A stretch of 61,908 nucleotides of DNA, filler included, from Nitrospinota bacterium (GTDB taxonomy: Bacteria; JAUXIQ01), in the NCBI GenBank assembly GCA_030620925.1. It is 10 parts of 10 records of this genome, joined end to end, with 100 filler letters (N's around TTAATTAATTAA, not from the genome) between each part and the next. Parts side by side here need not be neighbours in the genome. Positions count along the whole stretch, not along the records: positions 25,933 to 42,387 come from JAUXIQ010000009.1; 9 more parts are not named here. One strand, written 5' to 3'. The translations under genes and the position numbers were made by a program. Below the pieces are notes generated by a model, which made no database searches, had not been told where the DNA came from, and saw nothing but the letters and a program-made list of their open reading frames with translations. Shown here piece by piece: positions 29,532 to 40,676 of this stretch; positions within the stretch are counted from its first letter, which is position 1; each line of letters opens with the position of its first letter.

Positions 29532-30980
29532 ATGGAAACCAAGCTGTATCTCAGGCAAGAGCAAAGGCTGGTGATGACTCTCATGCTCCAGCAAGCCATC
29601 AAGCTTTTGCCCCTCACCAGGCTCGAACTGGTGCAGCGTATAAACCAGGAACTTACGGAAAATCCACTTTTAGAAGAGATCGATAACGCAGAGGAGACCA
29701 TCAAAAGCAGCGAGTCCGAAGAGCGTGAGGAAGAAGGCTCTGAAGACGGAACCGGAGACGAACTGGATTGGGAAAATTATATCCAGGAAAATTATGACAA
29801 TTCCTTCTCCGAGGAAGACTTACCGAACGAGAACTACTCCTTAGAAAATATCATCCGTAGCAAAATATCCCTCAACGATCATCTCTTCTCCCAACTGGTG
29901 ATAGCCACAGACGATGAGCTTCATAGGCGGATCGGGAATTTTCTGATCGGTAATATCGATGAAAAGGGTTATCTGCAGTGCGATACAGAAGAGGTGGTGA
30001 CCAGCCTCGGCGTAGGTGTCCATGAAGTAGAGAAAGTTGCAGAGTTGATACGGTCCTTCGAGCCGGCGGGGGTGGGAGCTACGAACTTGAAGGAATGTCT
30101 CCTTCTCCAGCTAAGGGCTCTTGGGAAAAGGGACTCCCTGGCGGAGAGACTTATCGAAGATCACCTGGAAAACTTGATGAACGCCGATTTCCCCTGGCTG
30201 GCCAGAAAGCTAAGAGCACCTCAGGATAAGGTTATATCCGCCATCGGCCTGATAAGGGAGCTTGAACCCCAACCAGGGCGCAAGTTCAATCCAGAGACAG
30301 CGGAATATATTTTCCCCGACGTGTTTGTGGTAAAGGTAAACGATGAATACCAGGTCATACTCAACGAAGACGACATTCCCAATCTCAAGATCAATTCGTT
30401 TTACAGAAAAATTTTAAGACAGCGTAAAAGCTGCGATCCGGAGGCCAAGCAGTTTCTTGAAGATAAATTGAAATCGGCTCTCTGGTTGATTAAAAGCATA
30501 GAACAGAGGCGTAATACCCTTTACAAGGTATCTAAGAGTATAGTCAAGTTTCAACGCAATTTTCTCGATTACGGGATAACGAATCTGAAACCTCTGGTGC
30601 TGCGAAATGTTGCCGAAGATATAGAGATGCACGAATCCACGGTTAGCCGGGTGGTTACTAATAAATATATCAACACACCGCAGGGTCTCTTCGAGCTCAA
30701 GTTCTTCTTTCACAGCGGTATCGATTCCGAGGATGGCACCACGTTGTCTTCAGTGGTAGTGAAACGGTCGCTGAAGAAGATGATAGAGCAGGAAAACGGT
30801 AAGAGACCGCTCACAGATCAGGAAATTGTGGAACGATTCAGTGGAATGAATATCAATATTGCTCGACGCACGATAGCTAAATATCGGAAAGAGCTGAACA
30901 TACAGCCTTCAGGGGGCAGGAAGCGGCTGTTCAAATTACAATCTGCCATGGGAGGGAAAAGGAGCGAGGACAGGGTTTAA
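29532..30980 (+). CDS. rpoN: RNA polymerase sigma-54 factor
   Basis: Q/L-rich region I (LQQAIKLL), ENPLLE, HESTVSR, FELKFFF and RpoN box ARRTIAKYR. Confidence 0.97.
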   Translation: METKLYLRQEQRLVMTLMLQQAIKLLPLTRLELVQRINQELTENPLLEEIDNAEETIKSSESEEREEEGSEDGTGDELDWENYIQENYDNSFSEEDLPNENYSLENIIRSKISLNDHLFSQLVIATDDELHRRIGNFLIGNIDEKGYLQCDTEEVVTSLGVGVHEVEKVAELIRSFEPAGVGATNLKECLLLQLRALGKRDSLAERLIEDHLENLMNADFPWLARKLRAPQDKVISAIGLIRELEPQPGRKFNPETAEYIFPDVFVVKVNDEYQVILNEDDIPNLKINSFYRKILRQRKSCDPEAKQFLEDKLKSALWLIKSIEQRRNTLYKVSKSIVKFQRNFLDYGITNLKPLVLRNVAEDIEMHESTVSRVVTNKYINTPQGLFELKFFFHSGIDSEDGTTLSSVVVKRSLKKMIEQENGKRPLTDQEIVERFSGMNINIARRTIAKYRKELNIQPSGGRKRLFKLQSAMGGKRSEDRV

Positions 30981-31029
30981 GTTTGGTTAAAACCTGAGGT
31001 GACCCTCAAGTTGAGATGGAGGAGGATCA

Positions 31030-31575
31030 ATGTCTCTACAGATAACGGCCAGGAATGTCGATTTGAGCGAAGACCTCAAGGAATACGTAGAAAAAAAAAT
31101 CGGTAAATTAAATAAATTTATAGACGGCACACCCGATGTTCATGTTATACTGAGAGCCGAGAAATTCAGGCAAATAGCTGAAGTTACCCTTCTGATTAAC
31201 GGGGTGACCATACACGGACAGACACAAACAAATGATATATTCACCTCACTGGATAAAGTCGCCGATAAAGTCCAGCGCCAGGTAGTTGAAGACAAACGCA
31301 GGGTCGTAGCAATAAAGAGCAGGAAGAGCCAGGAGAAGAAGGGAGTTCTGGAAGAGACGGCTTCAACGGAAGTGGATGAAGAGAACCCTTCGTCGGAAGT
31401 CATCAGGGGAAGAACTTACTCCAGGAAGCCCATGGCCCCTGAAGAAGCCCTGATGCAGATAAAAGCGCTGGGAGACGACTTCTTTTTATTCATAAACTCC
31501 CAAACCGATGAGGTGAACCTGTTTCAAAGAAGGAAAAACGGTAGATACTGGCTCATAGAGCCTGAATCGGAATAG
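31030..31575 (+). CDS. hpf: Ribosome hibernation promoting factor (long form)
   Basis: N-terminal HPF domain plus C-terminal 'KPM.PEEA..Q....DFF.F.N' domain; follows rpoN. Confidence 0.9.
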   Translation: MSLQITARNVDLSEDLKEYVEKKIGKLNKFIDGTPDVHVILRAEKFRQIAEVTLLINGVTIHGQTQTNDIFTSLDKVADKVQRQVVEDKRRVVAIKSRKSQEKKGVLEETASTEVDEENPSSEVIRGRTYSRKPMAPEEALMQIKALGDDFFLFINSQTDEVNLFQRRKNGRYWLIEPESE

Positions 31576-31662
31576 CAAACACACCTCTGGTATATCCCAG
31601 TAATAAAGTCCAGAATTAAGTTTTGTAAGAGGGCATTTTTGTGTCCCCGCGCGGAGGAAATT

Positions 31663-32835
31663 ATGGGGCAGAATAGTTATTTATTCACTTCTGAGTCGGT
31701 TACCGAAGGCCATCCGGACAAACTTGCAGACCAGATTTCAGACTCGGTTCTGGATGCCGTTTTCACCGAAGACCCTTATGGGCGCGTGGCGTGCGAGACC
31801 ATGGTCACCACCGGGATGACCTTCATAGCAGGCGAAATCACCACCAACTGCTACGTGGATATACCCAAGGTGGCCCGGGAGACCATCAAGGACGTCGGCT
31901 ACGTGGACGCCAGCTTCGGCTTCGATTACCAGACCTGCGCCATAATAACTTCCATCGATGAACAGTCGACGGACATTTCACAGGGGGTTACCGAAGGAAC
32001 GGGGCTGCATAAAGAACAGGGCGCAGGGGATCAGGGGCTCATGTTCGGCTACGCCTCCGATGAAACCGCAGAGTTGATGCCCGTTCCAATAATGCTGGCC
32101 CAGAAGATTACCATGGGTCTGGCTGAAGTGAGAAAAAATGGGGTCTTGCCCTACCTCCGGCCCGACGGCAAATCCCAGGTTACCGTGGAATACGCTGACG
32201 GGATAGCCAGGAGGGTTGATACAGTAGTAGTCGCCGCCCAGCATGCTCCCGAGGTCACCCTGGAGGAGATAACCGGGGACATCATCAGAGAAGTCGTTTC
32301 GCCGATCATTCCCCCTGAGCTCCTCGATGAAAAGAATATCGTTTATCATATCAACCCCACCGGACGTTTTGTCATCGGAGGGCCCCAGGGGGATTGCGGT
32401 CTTACCGGTAGAAAGATCATAGTGGACACTTACGGAGGTGTGGGAAGCCACGGGGGGGGATGTTTCTCCGGGAAAGACCCCACCAAGGTGGACAGGTCCG
32501 CTTCTTATATGGCCCGCTACGTGGCTAAAAACCTGGTGGCCGCCGGTGTGGCTAAAAAATGTTCCATCCAGTTGGCGTACGCTATAGGGGTGGCCGATCC
32601 TGTGTCCATCATGGTTAACACTCACGGCACAGGGCTGATCGATGAAGATAAGCTCGTGCCTCTGGTAAGGGAACATTTTTCACTTACCCCCTCCGGAATA
32701 ATCAAGACCCTGGATCTCAGGCGGCCCATTTTTAAGAAGACCGCTGCCTACGGCCATTTCGGCAGGGAAGACCCCGATTTCACGTGGGAGAAGGCAGATA
32801 AGGCCGAAGCCATCAGCAGTGATGCCGGCCTTTAG
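31663..32835 (+). CDS. metK: S-adenosylmethionine synthetase
   Basis: [30 protein letters not shown] and [11 protein letters not shown] motifs. Confidence 0.98.
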   Translation: MGQNSYLFTSESVTEGHPDKLADQISDSVLDAVFTEDPYGRVACETMVTTGMTFIAGEITTNCYVDIPKVARETIKDVGYVDASFGFDYQTCAIITSIDEQSTDISQGVTEGTGLHKEQGAGDQGLMFGYASDETAELMPVPIMLAQKITMGLAEVRKNGVLPYLRPDGKSQVTVEYADGIARRVDTVVVAAQHAPEVTLEEITGDIIREVVSPIIPPELLDEKNIVYHINPTGRFVIGGPQGDCGLTGRKIIVDTYGGVGSHGGGCFSGKDPTKVDRSASYMARYVAKNLVAAGVAKKCSIQLAYAIGVADPVSIMVNTHGTGLIDEDKLVPLVREHFSLTPSGIIKTLDLRRPIFKKTAAYGHFGREDPDFTWEKADKAEAISSDAGL

Positions 32836-32861
32836 ACATCTTTTTGTAATTGCAGAAACAG

Positions 32862-32899
32862 GCCCTCCATGTATAAACTAAGTGGAGGGCTCAGTTTTT
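32862..32899 (+). terminator. Hairpin or possible terminator between metK and ahcY
   Basis: GCCCTCCA...TGGAGGGC inverted repeat followed by a T-rich tract. Confidence 0.45.
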
Positions 32900-32927
32900 A
32901 TTTACCGTCCGAGAAAATGGAGGAGAA

Positions 32928-34184
32928 ATGGATTATCATATTAAAGACATCGAGCTCGCCGATGAAGGGCAATTGCGGATTGAGTGGGCAAATCAGAGCA
33001 TGTCGGTGCTCAACATAATAAAAGAGCGCTTCGCTAAAGAGAAGCCTCTTAAAGGTGTTCGCATTTCCGCCTGCCTTCATGTGACCACGGAGACGGCAAG
33101 CCTCATGTCTGTGCTTAAAGCGGGAGGGGCGGAGCTGGTGCTGTGCGCCTCAAACCCTCTATCCACTCAGGACGACGTCTCGGCTTCTCTGGTCAAACAT
33201 GAAGAGATACCCGTCTTCGCCATAAAGGGGGAGGATAGGGATACCTATTACTCGCATATTCTTTCGGCCCTGGCCCGCTCGCCGGGCATCACCATGGATG
33301 ACGGAGCGGACCTGGTTTCCACCATCCACACTCAAGAGACAGCCGTCCTGGACCACATCATAGGAGGCACCGAAGAGACCACCACCGGCGTCATCCGGCT
33401 GCGCAGTATGGCCAAGCAAGAGAAGCTCAAATATCCCATTATCTCGGTGAACGACGCCAACACCAAGCATCTTTTCGACAACCGCTACGGCACCGGCCAG
33501 AGCACCATAGATGGCATAGTGCGGGCCACCAACAGGCTCATAGCCGGATCCACTTTCGTGGTCTGCGGATACGGCTGGTGCGGCCGGGGGGTTGCCATGC
33601 GGGCCCGTGGTATGGGGGCCAAGGTTGTGATCACCGAGGTGGACCCTCTCAAGGCCCTGGAAGCGGTCATGGACGGCTACGACGTAATGCCGATTGAAGA
33701 AGCCGCTCCCGAGGGTGATTTCTTCGTCACCCTTACCGGCGACATAGATGTTATCAGAGAAGAGCATTTCCTGGCCATGAAAGACGGCGCAATGGTGGCC
33801 AACTCAGGACATTTCAACGTCGAGCTCGATATCCCCGGTCTGGAAAAAATAAGCGTGAGTAAGAGAATCGTCCGACCCTCCGTGGAAGAATATAAGCTGA
33901 AAGACGGTCGCCGTATCAACCTCCTGGGGGAAGGCAGACTCATAAATCTCGCCGCTGCTGAAGGACACCCCTCGAGCGTGATGGACATGAGTTTTGCCAA
34001 CCAGGCCCTCTCCGCGGAGTATATTGTTAAGAATGGAGATTCCCTCAAACCCGACGTCTACAATGTACCCCCTGACATAGACAACCGGATAGCCATGCTC
34101 AAATTGGAATCCATGGGTGTGTTGATAGACCAGTTGACCGAAAAACAGAAAAAATACCTCGATTCCTGGGAGATAGGCACATAA
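32928..34184 (+). CDS. ahcY: Adenosylhomocysteinase
   Basis: [31 protein letters not shown] and GHPS.VMDMSF motifs. Confidence 0.97.
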   Translation: MDYHIKDIELADEGQLRIEWANQSMSVLNIIKERFAKEKPLKGVRISACLHVTTETASLMSVLKAGGAELVLCASNPLSTQDDVSASLVKHEEIPVFAIKGEDRDTYYSHILSALARSPGITMDDGADLVSTIHTQETAVLDHIIGGTEETTTGVIRLRSMAKQEKLKYPIISVNDANTKHLFDNRYGTGQSTIDGIVRATNRLIAGSTFVVCGYGWCGRGVAMRARGMGAKVVITEVDPLKALEAVMDGYDVMPIEEAAPEGDFFVTLTGDIDVIREEHFLAMKDGAMVANSGHFNVELDIPGLEKISVSKRIVRPSVEEYKLKDGRRINLLGEGRLINLAAAEGHPSSVMDMSFANQALSAEYIVKNGDSLKPDVYNVPPDIDNRIAMLKLESMGVLIDQLTEKQKKYLDSWEIGT

Positions 34185-34261
34185 TAAAACTGCCATAACC
34201 CGGGTTTGTGGATCAGGTTCTGAGTAGCATAGGCGGAGGCATGGGCAGTGCTGATTTGTGC

Positions 34262-34291
34262 TTGACAACCAGCAGGGTATAATAATAAAAT
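34262..34291 (+). promoter_or_regulatory. Putative sigma70 promoter of the amidase gene
   Basis: TTGACA (34262-34267), 18-nt spacer, TAAAAT (34286-34291). Confidence 0.5.
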
Positions 34292-34348
34292 TAAGTGATA
34301 AAATATTTTGGTTTCGCCATGGGCTGATATCTCTTACAGCTAAAGGAA

Positions 34349-36019
34349 TTGAGGTTGAGAGGAAAATTTAAAATATTTCTTTGCACCATTATTTCCGCAT
34401 GGATAATCCTGCCAGCCGCCTCCGTTTCCGTCAGCCGCAATGATACTGAACTTTACGAGGAAGCGATCAAATGCCGGAAGAAGTTATACGCCTCAGCATC
34501 TTTTGCCCTCAAAGAAGCCAACTGGCTGCAGTGCATAAACAGGTATAAGCTGGTCTACATACAGAATGCCAACACTCGCCTCATCGACAATATTCTCCTT
34601 GACGTAAGCAATTTGTATTTAGAGCTCTACGCTAAAACTCGAAACAAGAAATATCTCCAATCGGCGCTCAGCTCTCTGCGGGAGTTATACTACTATTACC
34701 CTGAAAGCAGGTTTGCGGCGCTGGCTACCCTTAAGGCGGGAGATATATATTTCAAGAAGCTGAAACAGTACAGCCGCGCCCATGGGGCGTACGACAGAGT
34801 TCTCAAATACTACGGGAATACCAAGCAAGCGAGAAAGGCCAGGAACCGATTAAAAGAACTGGCCTCCCACTATGAGCCGCCTAAGAAAAAGCCTAAATCC
34901 AATTCAAGATTGGTCACCGTGCGGGATGTCCGCCACTGGACTAATCCCCGCTACACCAGGGTAGTCATAGACCTGGATGCGAACGCTACTTATGAGAAAC
35001 ACGTCCTCAAGAACCCTGACCGCCTGTTTATAGACTTTCATAGTGCACGAGTCGGCGACAAACTTATCGGCCGCGCCCTCACCATTAACGATGGTCTGCT
35101 CAAGCTGGTACGGGCCGGACAGCACGACCACAAAACGGTGCGCGTGGTTCTGGATTTAGACCGCATAGACCGATACAAGATTTTTGAGCTTAAAAACCCT
35201 TTCCGCGTCGTCGTCGATGTGAGCGGCAACGGGAAGAAGAGTGGCCGTCCCGCCTTAAGCGATGAAGGCAAATCCGACCGGCAGAATGGCAAAGAAAAAT
35301 TAAGCCTGGCCCGGCAATTGGGGCTGGGTATCGAGACCATAGTCATAGACCCGGGCCACGGGGGTAAAGACCCCGGGGCCATCGGCCGTACCGGATTAAT
35401 GGAAAAGGACATTGTGCTGGATATCTCCAAAAAGCTGAAGAAGATCATTGAAGAGAATACCGGCCGAAGGGTATACCTGACCCGTTACAACGATGTCTTC
35501 CTGCCGCTGGAAGAACGCACCGCCATAGCAAACACCCGGGAGGCAGACCTCTTCGTCTCCATTCACATAAATGCCAACAAGAAGCGCAACGTGCGCGGCA
35601 TGGAGACCTACTACCTCAGTCTGGCAACTACCCAGGAAGAGCAGCAGACGGCGGCCAGGGAAAACCAGGCTTCCTATAAGAAGATCAGCGACTTGGAGGA
35701 AATTCTGAGCAGCATCATGTTGAACTCCAAGATAGACGAATCCAGGGTCCTGGCCCATAATATCCAATCCTCACTTGTCAAAGGGCTTAAAGGCAAGAAC
35801 AGAACGAGAAACCTGGGCGTCAGGAAAGCTCCCTTCTACGTCCTCATAGGCGCCCAGATGCCGAGTGTGCTGATTGAAGCCTCTTTCATCACCAATCCCA
35901 GGGAAGAGAAGCTCCTCTCATCTCCCAAATACCGCCAGGAAGTGGCCCGCCAGATATATTACGGGTTGGAGGCCTACATAAAGCAGATGAAATCGCAACA
36001 GTCAGTGGCCTCCAATTAG
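34349..36019 (+). CDS. N-acetylmuramoyl-L-alanine amidase (TPR + AMIN + Amidase_3)
   Basis: IDPGHGGKDPGA, EK, FVSIH.NA and VLIE..F.TN motifs; AMIN repeats (TRVVID, P.RL.ID, VRVVLD). Confidence 0.92.
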   Translation: MRLRGKFKIFLCTIISAWIILPAASVSVSRNDTELYEEAIKCRKKLYASASFALKEANWLQCINRYKLVYIQNANTRLIDNILLDVSNLYLELYAKTRNKKYLQSALSSLRELYYYYPESRFAALATLKAGDIYFKKLKQYSRAHGAYDRVLKYYGNTKQARKARNRLKELASHYEPPKKKPKSNSRLVTVRDVRHWTNPRYTRVVIDLDANATYEKHVLKNPDRLFIDFHSARVGDKLIGRALTINDGLLKLVRAGQHDHKTVRVVLDLDRIDRYKIFELKNPFRVVVDVSGNGKKSGRPALSDEGKSDRQNGKEKLSLARQLGLGIETIVIDPGHGGKDPGAIGRTGLMEKDIVLDISKKLKKIIEENTGRRVYLTRYNDVFLPLEERTAIANTREADLFVSIHINANKKRNVRGMETYYLSLATTQEEQQTAARENQASYKKISDLEEILSSIMLNSKIDESRVLAHNIQSSLVKGLKGKNRTRNLGVRKAPFYVLIGAQMPSVLIEASFITNPREEKLLSSPKYRQEVARQIYYGLEAYIKQMKSQQSVASN

Positions 36020-36172
36020 TTCCCTCGAGTCAATCTGTTCAAGACCTCTTGCTATTACCCCCGGTAGGACCGTAAAATAAGTGGGGTAATCCGCTTCGAC
36101 CCCATGCTCGAAGTATCAATTGTTCTCTATAGGGTATTTTCGACGCTGCCTTAACTCCGAGAGGTAATTAAA

Positions 36173-37486
36173 ATGTCTATACCCACGGTAGCCATTGTGG
36201 GCCGGCCCAACGTGGGCAAATCCACGCTTTTCAACAAGATAATAAAAAGGCGAAAGGCCATCGTTGAAAGCCATCCGGGGGTGACCCGCGACAGGAACTA
36301 CGAGCAGATCCAGTGGATGGACAGGTCGTTAATGGTAGTGGATACCGGCGGATTCGACGTGACCGAGGAAGACGACATCCTGAAGGCCGCCCGCGAGCAG
36401 CTCCGCATAGCCCTGGAAGAAGCTGACCTGATAGTTCTCGTGGTGGACGGGAGAGAAGGTCCCACCTACGGAGATCAGGTTATGGTGGATATGTTGCGTA
36501 GATCCGAACGCCCTTTCCTGGTGGGGGTGAACAAGATAGACAGCATTAAACAGGAGCCGCTGCTGGCCGAATTCTATTCCCTGGGGGTGGATCAGCTTAT
36601 TCCGCTTTCAGCCGAGCATAGCCTGGGTGTCGGAGTTCTGATGGATGCCGCGATGGAGCTGTTGCCGGAAGCCGAGGAGATGTCGGAGAAGGAAGAAGGC
36701 ACCAAAATATGTATAGTCGGGCGGCCCAACGTCGGCAAATCCTCGCTGGTTAACAAGATGATCGGTCAGGAGAGAGTGCTGGTCCATCATCGACCGGGCA
36801 CCACCAGGGATTCAATAGACACCCGGTTCAGCTATCAGGACAAGGAGTACACCATAGTAGACACCGCGGGCATACGGCGAAAAGGTCGTGTGAGTGTCAG
36901 CCTGGAGAAATATTCGGTCATAATGGCCCTCAGGAGTATCCAGCGGGTGGACGTAGCCATTCTGGTTACGGACGCCGTGGAAGGGATCACCGAACAGGAT
37001 TCCCATATCGCCGGCTACGTCGAAGAAGCGGGCAAGGGGCTCATCGTAGCCGTCAACAAGTGGGACGCCATAGAAAAAGACGACCGCACCATAGGCCGCT
37101 ATGCAGAGGAGGTGCGGGAAAAACTGAAATTCGCTCCCTATGCTCCTATCATTACTGTCTCAGCCCTCACCGGACAGCGTGTCACCAAAGTCTTTCCCTT
37201 CATCGATCAGGTGGTGGAGCGGCACCGGAAACGCATCTCCACCTCGGAGGTCAACATTATTCTGGAAAAAGCGGTGGAGAGACACCATCCGCCTCTGTAC
37301 AGGGGTAAGCCTCTGAAGTTTTACTACGCTTCCCAGGTCTCAACCAGACCGCCCACTTTTGTGATATTCACCAATTATCCGGATGGGGTCCATTTTTCCT
37401 ACAAGCGTTTCCTGGAGAACCAGTTCCGGGAGGCTCACGATTTCACCGGCACCCCCATCAGGCTTATTTTACGCAAACGCAAATGA
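36173..37486 (+). CDS. der: Ribosome biogenesis GTPase Der (EngA)
   Basis: Two GRPNVGKS G-domains; C-terminal KH-like domain (GTPIRL). Confidence 0.97.
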   Translation: MSIPTVAIVGRPNVGKSTLFNKIIKRRKAIVESHPGVTRDRNYEQIQWMDRSLMVVDTGGFDVTEEDDILKAAREQLRIALEEADLIVLVVDGREGPTYGDQVMVDMLRRSERPFLVGVNKIDSIKQEPLLAEFYSLGVDQLIPLSAEHSLGVGVLMDAAMELLPEAEEMSEKEEGTKICIVGRPNVGKSSLVNKMIGQERVLVHHRPGTTRDSIDTRFSYQDKEYTIVDTAGIRRKGRVSVSLEKYSVIMALRSIQRVDVAILVTDAVEGITEQDSHIAGYVEEAGKGLIVAVNKWDAIEKDDRTIGRYAEEVREKLKFAPYAPIITVSALTGQRVTKVFPFIDQVVERHRKRISTSEVNIILEKAVERHHPPLYRGKPLKFYYASQVSTRPPTFVIFTNYPDGVHFSYKRFLENQFREAHDFTGTPIRLILRKRK

Positions 37487-37526
37487 GCGCCGGAGCGTAT
37501 TATAAAAGGCAGGAGCTGTGTTTTAA

Positions 37527-37805
37527 GTAGGGGCGGCCGGCTGGTTCGCCCTTGCCCGATACTAGTCGCGGCAAGATGCCGCTCCTACAAGTAGGAGCGC
37601 CTTCCAGGCGCGATTGTAGGGGAAGCTTACCCTGCCCAGGGTGCGGTCCCGCGTGCCGCGGGACGCCCCTACGACGCCGCATCGTGTCATTCTGAGCGAA
37701 GCGAAGAATCTCGCCACCCCTTGCAAATCCTGCGGGTTTTATTCTGCTCCCTCCCTTTATTCCTTCTCCTCCAGGGGAGGGGATATTTATTGCTGGTAGA
37801 TTCGC
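37527..37805. repeat. Cluster of REP-like palindromes between convergent der and sucD
   Basis: GTAGGGG.../...CCCCTAC, CGCGGCAAGATGCCGCTCCTAC and TGTCATTCTGAGCGAAGCGAAGAATCT units, shared with 49020-49860. Confidence 0.85.
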
Positions 37806-37856
37806 TTTCCTCCCCCTTGACCACGCCTTCCGAAGGCTGGTCGCCCGTGTTCATTT

Positions 37857-38729
37857 TTAGTTTTTCAGGGCTTCGACCATGGTGTCGCCGATATCCGCCG
37901 GGCTGGCGACCACTCTGATCCCCGCTTCTTTGAGGGTGGCCATTTTTTCCGAGGCGGTGCCCTTGCCTCCGGAGATGATGGCTCCGGCGTGCCCCATGCG
38001 GCGGCCGGGAGGAGCCGTCTGGCCGGCGATGAAGCTGACCACCGGTATGGTCAGATTTTCCTTTATCCACGCCGCAGCGTCCTCTTCCGCAGCGCCTCCT
38101 ATCTCGCCTATCATCACCACCGCCTCCGTCTGAGGATCGTCCTTGAAAAGTTTGAGGCAGTCGATGAAGTTCGTCCCTATGATGGGGTCTCCGCCTATAC
38201 CCACGCAGGTGGATTGGCCCAGCCCCCGGGCGGTGAGTTGCGCCACCGCTTCGTAGGTGAGGGTGCCGCTGCGGGAGATCACCCCTATGCCGCCCTCCTT
38301 GTGTATGAAGCCGGGCATAATCCCCACCTTGCATTTCCCGGGGGATATTACGCCGGGGCAGTTGGGTCCTATGAGCCTGAGCGGTTTATCCTTTATGAAT
38401 TTGTAGACTTCCACCATGTCCAGGGTGGGTATGCCTTCGGTTATGCACGCGATCACTCCCGTCCCCGCATCGGCGGCTTCCATAATGGCGTCGGCGGCGA
38501 AGGGGGGAGGGACGAAGATGATGGCGGCGTTGGCCCCTTCGTTCTTCACCGCATCGGCGACGGTGTTGAACACGGGGATACCTTCTGCTTCCTGCCCGCC
38601 CTTGCCCGGTGTCACCCCGGCTACCACCTTGGTGCCGTATTCCTTGCACTGCGCCGTGTGGAAGGAGCCTTCGCTGCCCGTGATGCCCTGGACCACAAGT
38701 CTGGTATTTTCATCCACCAGTATGCTCAT
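37857..38729 (-). CDS. sucD: Succinyl-CoA synthetase alpha subunit
   Basis: [21 protein letters not shown] and RMGHAGA (phospho-His) motifs. Confidence 0.97.
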   Translation of the reverse strand: MSILVDENTRLVVQGITGSEGSFHTAQCKEYGTKVVAGVTPGKGGQEAEGIPVFNTVADAVKNEGANAAIIFVPPPFAADAIMEAADAGTGVIACITEGIPTLDMVEVYKFIKDKPLRLIGPNCPGVISPGKCKVGIMPGFIHKEGGIGVISRSGTLTYEAVAQLTARGLGQSTCVGIGGDPIIGTNFIDCLKLFKDDPQTEAVVMIGEIGGAAEEDAAAWIKENLTIPVVSFIAGQTAPPGRRMGHAGAIISGGKGTASEKMATLKEAGIRVVASPADIGDTMVEALKN

Positions 38730-38789
38730 TAATCGAACCTCCTCTATGTCAACAAAGGGGTATTTCTCCGCCCTGAGATGAATTAATTT

Positions 38790-39947
38790 TCAATTCGTTG
38801 CGGCCACGGCTTTTTCCGCGGCGTCCTTCAGGTCCTGTGCCACAACGAAGTTCAACCCCGAGCTGTTCAGTATCTCACCGCCCTCTTTGGCGTTGGTTCC
38901 CTCCAGCCTCACCACCACCGGCATGTCCACTTTCACCTGCTTCATGGCCTCGACCACCCCCTGGGCCACCCGGTCGCACCGCACGATGCCGCCGAAGATG
39001 TTTATGAGCACACCTTTGACGTTATCGTCGGACATCAGTATGCGGAAGGCGCTGGCCACCCGCTCCACGTTGGTGCCGCCGCCCACGTCCAGGAAGTTGG
39101 CGGGTTCTCCTCCCGCCAGCTTGATGATGTCCATGGTGGCCATGGCCAGCCCGGCGCCGTTCACCATGCAGCCGATGTTGCCGTCGAGCTTTATGTAGTT
39201 GAGGTCATATTCTGAAGCCTCTATTTCCAGGGGTTCCTCTTCGTCCAGGTCTCGCAGCTCTGTCGTGTCCTTATGCCGGTAGAGGGCGTTGTCGTCGAAG
39301 TTTATCTTGGCGTCAAGCGCCAGCAGGTCTCCCCCTTCAGTGATTACCAGGGGGTTGATTTCGGCCAGGGAGCAGTCGTTCTTGACGAAAGCGTCGAACA
39401 GAGCCTGCATGAATTTTACGCCTTTCCTGGATAGATCGCCTTCCAGCCCCAGCCCGTAAGCCAGTTTCCGGGCCTGGTAGGGCCGAAGCCCAAGGCCCGG
39501 GTCGGCGACTTCGGTTATTATCTTCTCGGGCGTATCGGCGGCCACCTGCTCGATCTCCATACCGCCCGCCTCGCTGACCATCATCACCGGAGCGGCGCTG
39601 TTCCTGTCTATGACCATGCCCAGGTAAAGCTCTTTCTGAATAGCCATGCCCTCTTCCACCAGGACGGTTTTGACTTTCTGTCCTTCGGGGCCGGTCTGAT
39701 GGGTTATCAGGTTCATGCCTATGATTTCCGAGGCGTACTGCTCGGCTTCGTCCGCATTTTTGGCCAGCTTGACGCCGCCTCCTTTGCCCCTTCCGCCGGC
39801 GTGTATCTGGGCCTTGACGACCACCGTACCGCCCAGCTCTTCGGCTATTTTTCTGGCTTCTTTGGGGTCGCTGGTGACTCTGCCCCTGGGAATGGGTACG
39901 CCGTGCCTGGCCAGAATCTCCTTTGCCTGGTACTCGTGAATCTTCAT
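38790..39947 (-). CDS. sucC: Succinyl-CoA synthetase beta subunit
   Basis: [34 protein letters not shown] and [10 protein letters not shown] motifs. Confidence 0.97.
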   Translation of the reverse strand: MKIHEYQAKEILARHGVPIPRGRVTSDPKEARKIAEELGGTVVVKAQIHAGGRGKGGGVKLAKNADEAEQYASEIIGMNLITHQTGPEGQKVKTVLVEEGMAIQKELYLGMVIDRNSAAPVMMVSEAGGMEIEQVAADTPEKIITEVADPGLGLRPYQARKLAYGLGLEGDLSRKGVKFMQALFDAFVKNDCSLAEINPLVITEGGDLLALDAKINFDDNALYRHKDTTELRDLDEEEPLEIEASEYDLNYIKLDGNIGCMVNGAGLAMATMDIIKLAGGEPANFLDVGGGTNVERVASAFRILMSDDNVKGVLINIFGGIVRCDRVAQGVVEAMKQVKVDMPVVVRLEGTNAKEGGEILNSSGLNFVVAQDLKDAAEKAVAATN

Positions 39948-40149
39948 TAAACGCTCCTTTCTTTACTTTTTATCCATATAAGAATTAAGGCCGGAACGGT
40001 CTAATTGAGCTAAAGTCAATGCGTCGGAGGGCAGGATGAAATATATTTATCTCATATTCTCCCTGCATTATCAACGCTTATTTATCCGCCCAGGAGGAGT
40101 TCTCACCGCGTGTTCTCTCGGCCAGCAAGGTTGCCCTACCCACCCCCTT

Positions 40150-40580
40150 GCTTAAGCAACCTCCAAGCGCTCAAAATGGTTTAGTATTCAATGGTTTACG
40201 CCGAGTGCCCATAATACCGTTAACCCCATAAAAACCCTTTAAAATTAAGGATTTAGCTTCTTCAACCCCGCAAATCCTGGGGTTGCTTCAACCATAGAGG
40301 ACTGACCACAAAGACACGAAGACCCTAAAGAATATCAGTAATTATCGGCGGAACGTCACGCGGCAGGCGTGATGCCTTAGTGGTTAATTTTTTCCGGCGG
40401 GATGGTTAAAACCCCCTCTATAGAATAGATGCGGAAATCCAAGGTCTATACGAGATAATCTTATAAAATCAATGGGTCGCGGGACAAAAAAAGACACAAT
40501 CGGAAGGAGAAAATCCAAGGTCGCATTTTTCCGGAAAAAGGGCACTATCCGCCGTAAAACCGCCTCAGAAGCGGCTCAAC
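40150..40580. repeat. Copy 2 of the conserved non-coding module
   Basis: Homologous to 5604-5960; additionally bounded by AAGCAACC (40154) / GGTTGCTT (40281) inverted repeats. Confidence 0.8.
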
Positions 40581-40676
40581 ACTCCTCTATTCCGATTTTG
40601 CCGGGTTTCGACCTTTGTGATCGTTTTTTATAAGAATTTCATTTATTAATAGGACCAGGCCCTCAACGCTTCGTCT

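Noticed and set aside
31576-31662. SAM riboswitch upstream of metK
   Set aside because: The gap is only 87 nt and shows no recognisable SAM-I/II/SAH core motifs.
8-36019. Genome-wide TAG reassignment
   Set aside because: TAG ends several full-length conserved genes at their expected C-termini (metK, hpf, degP, DUF2905, amidase).
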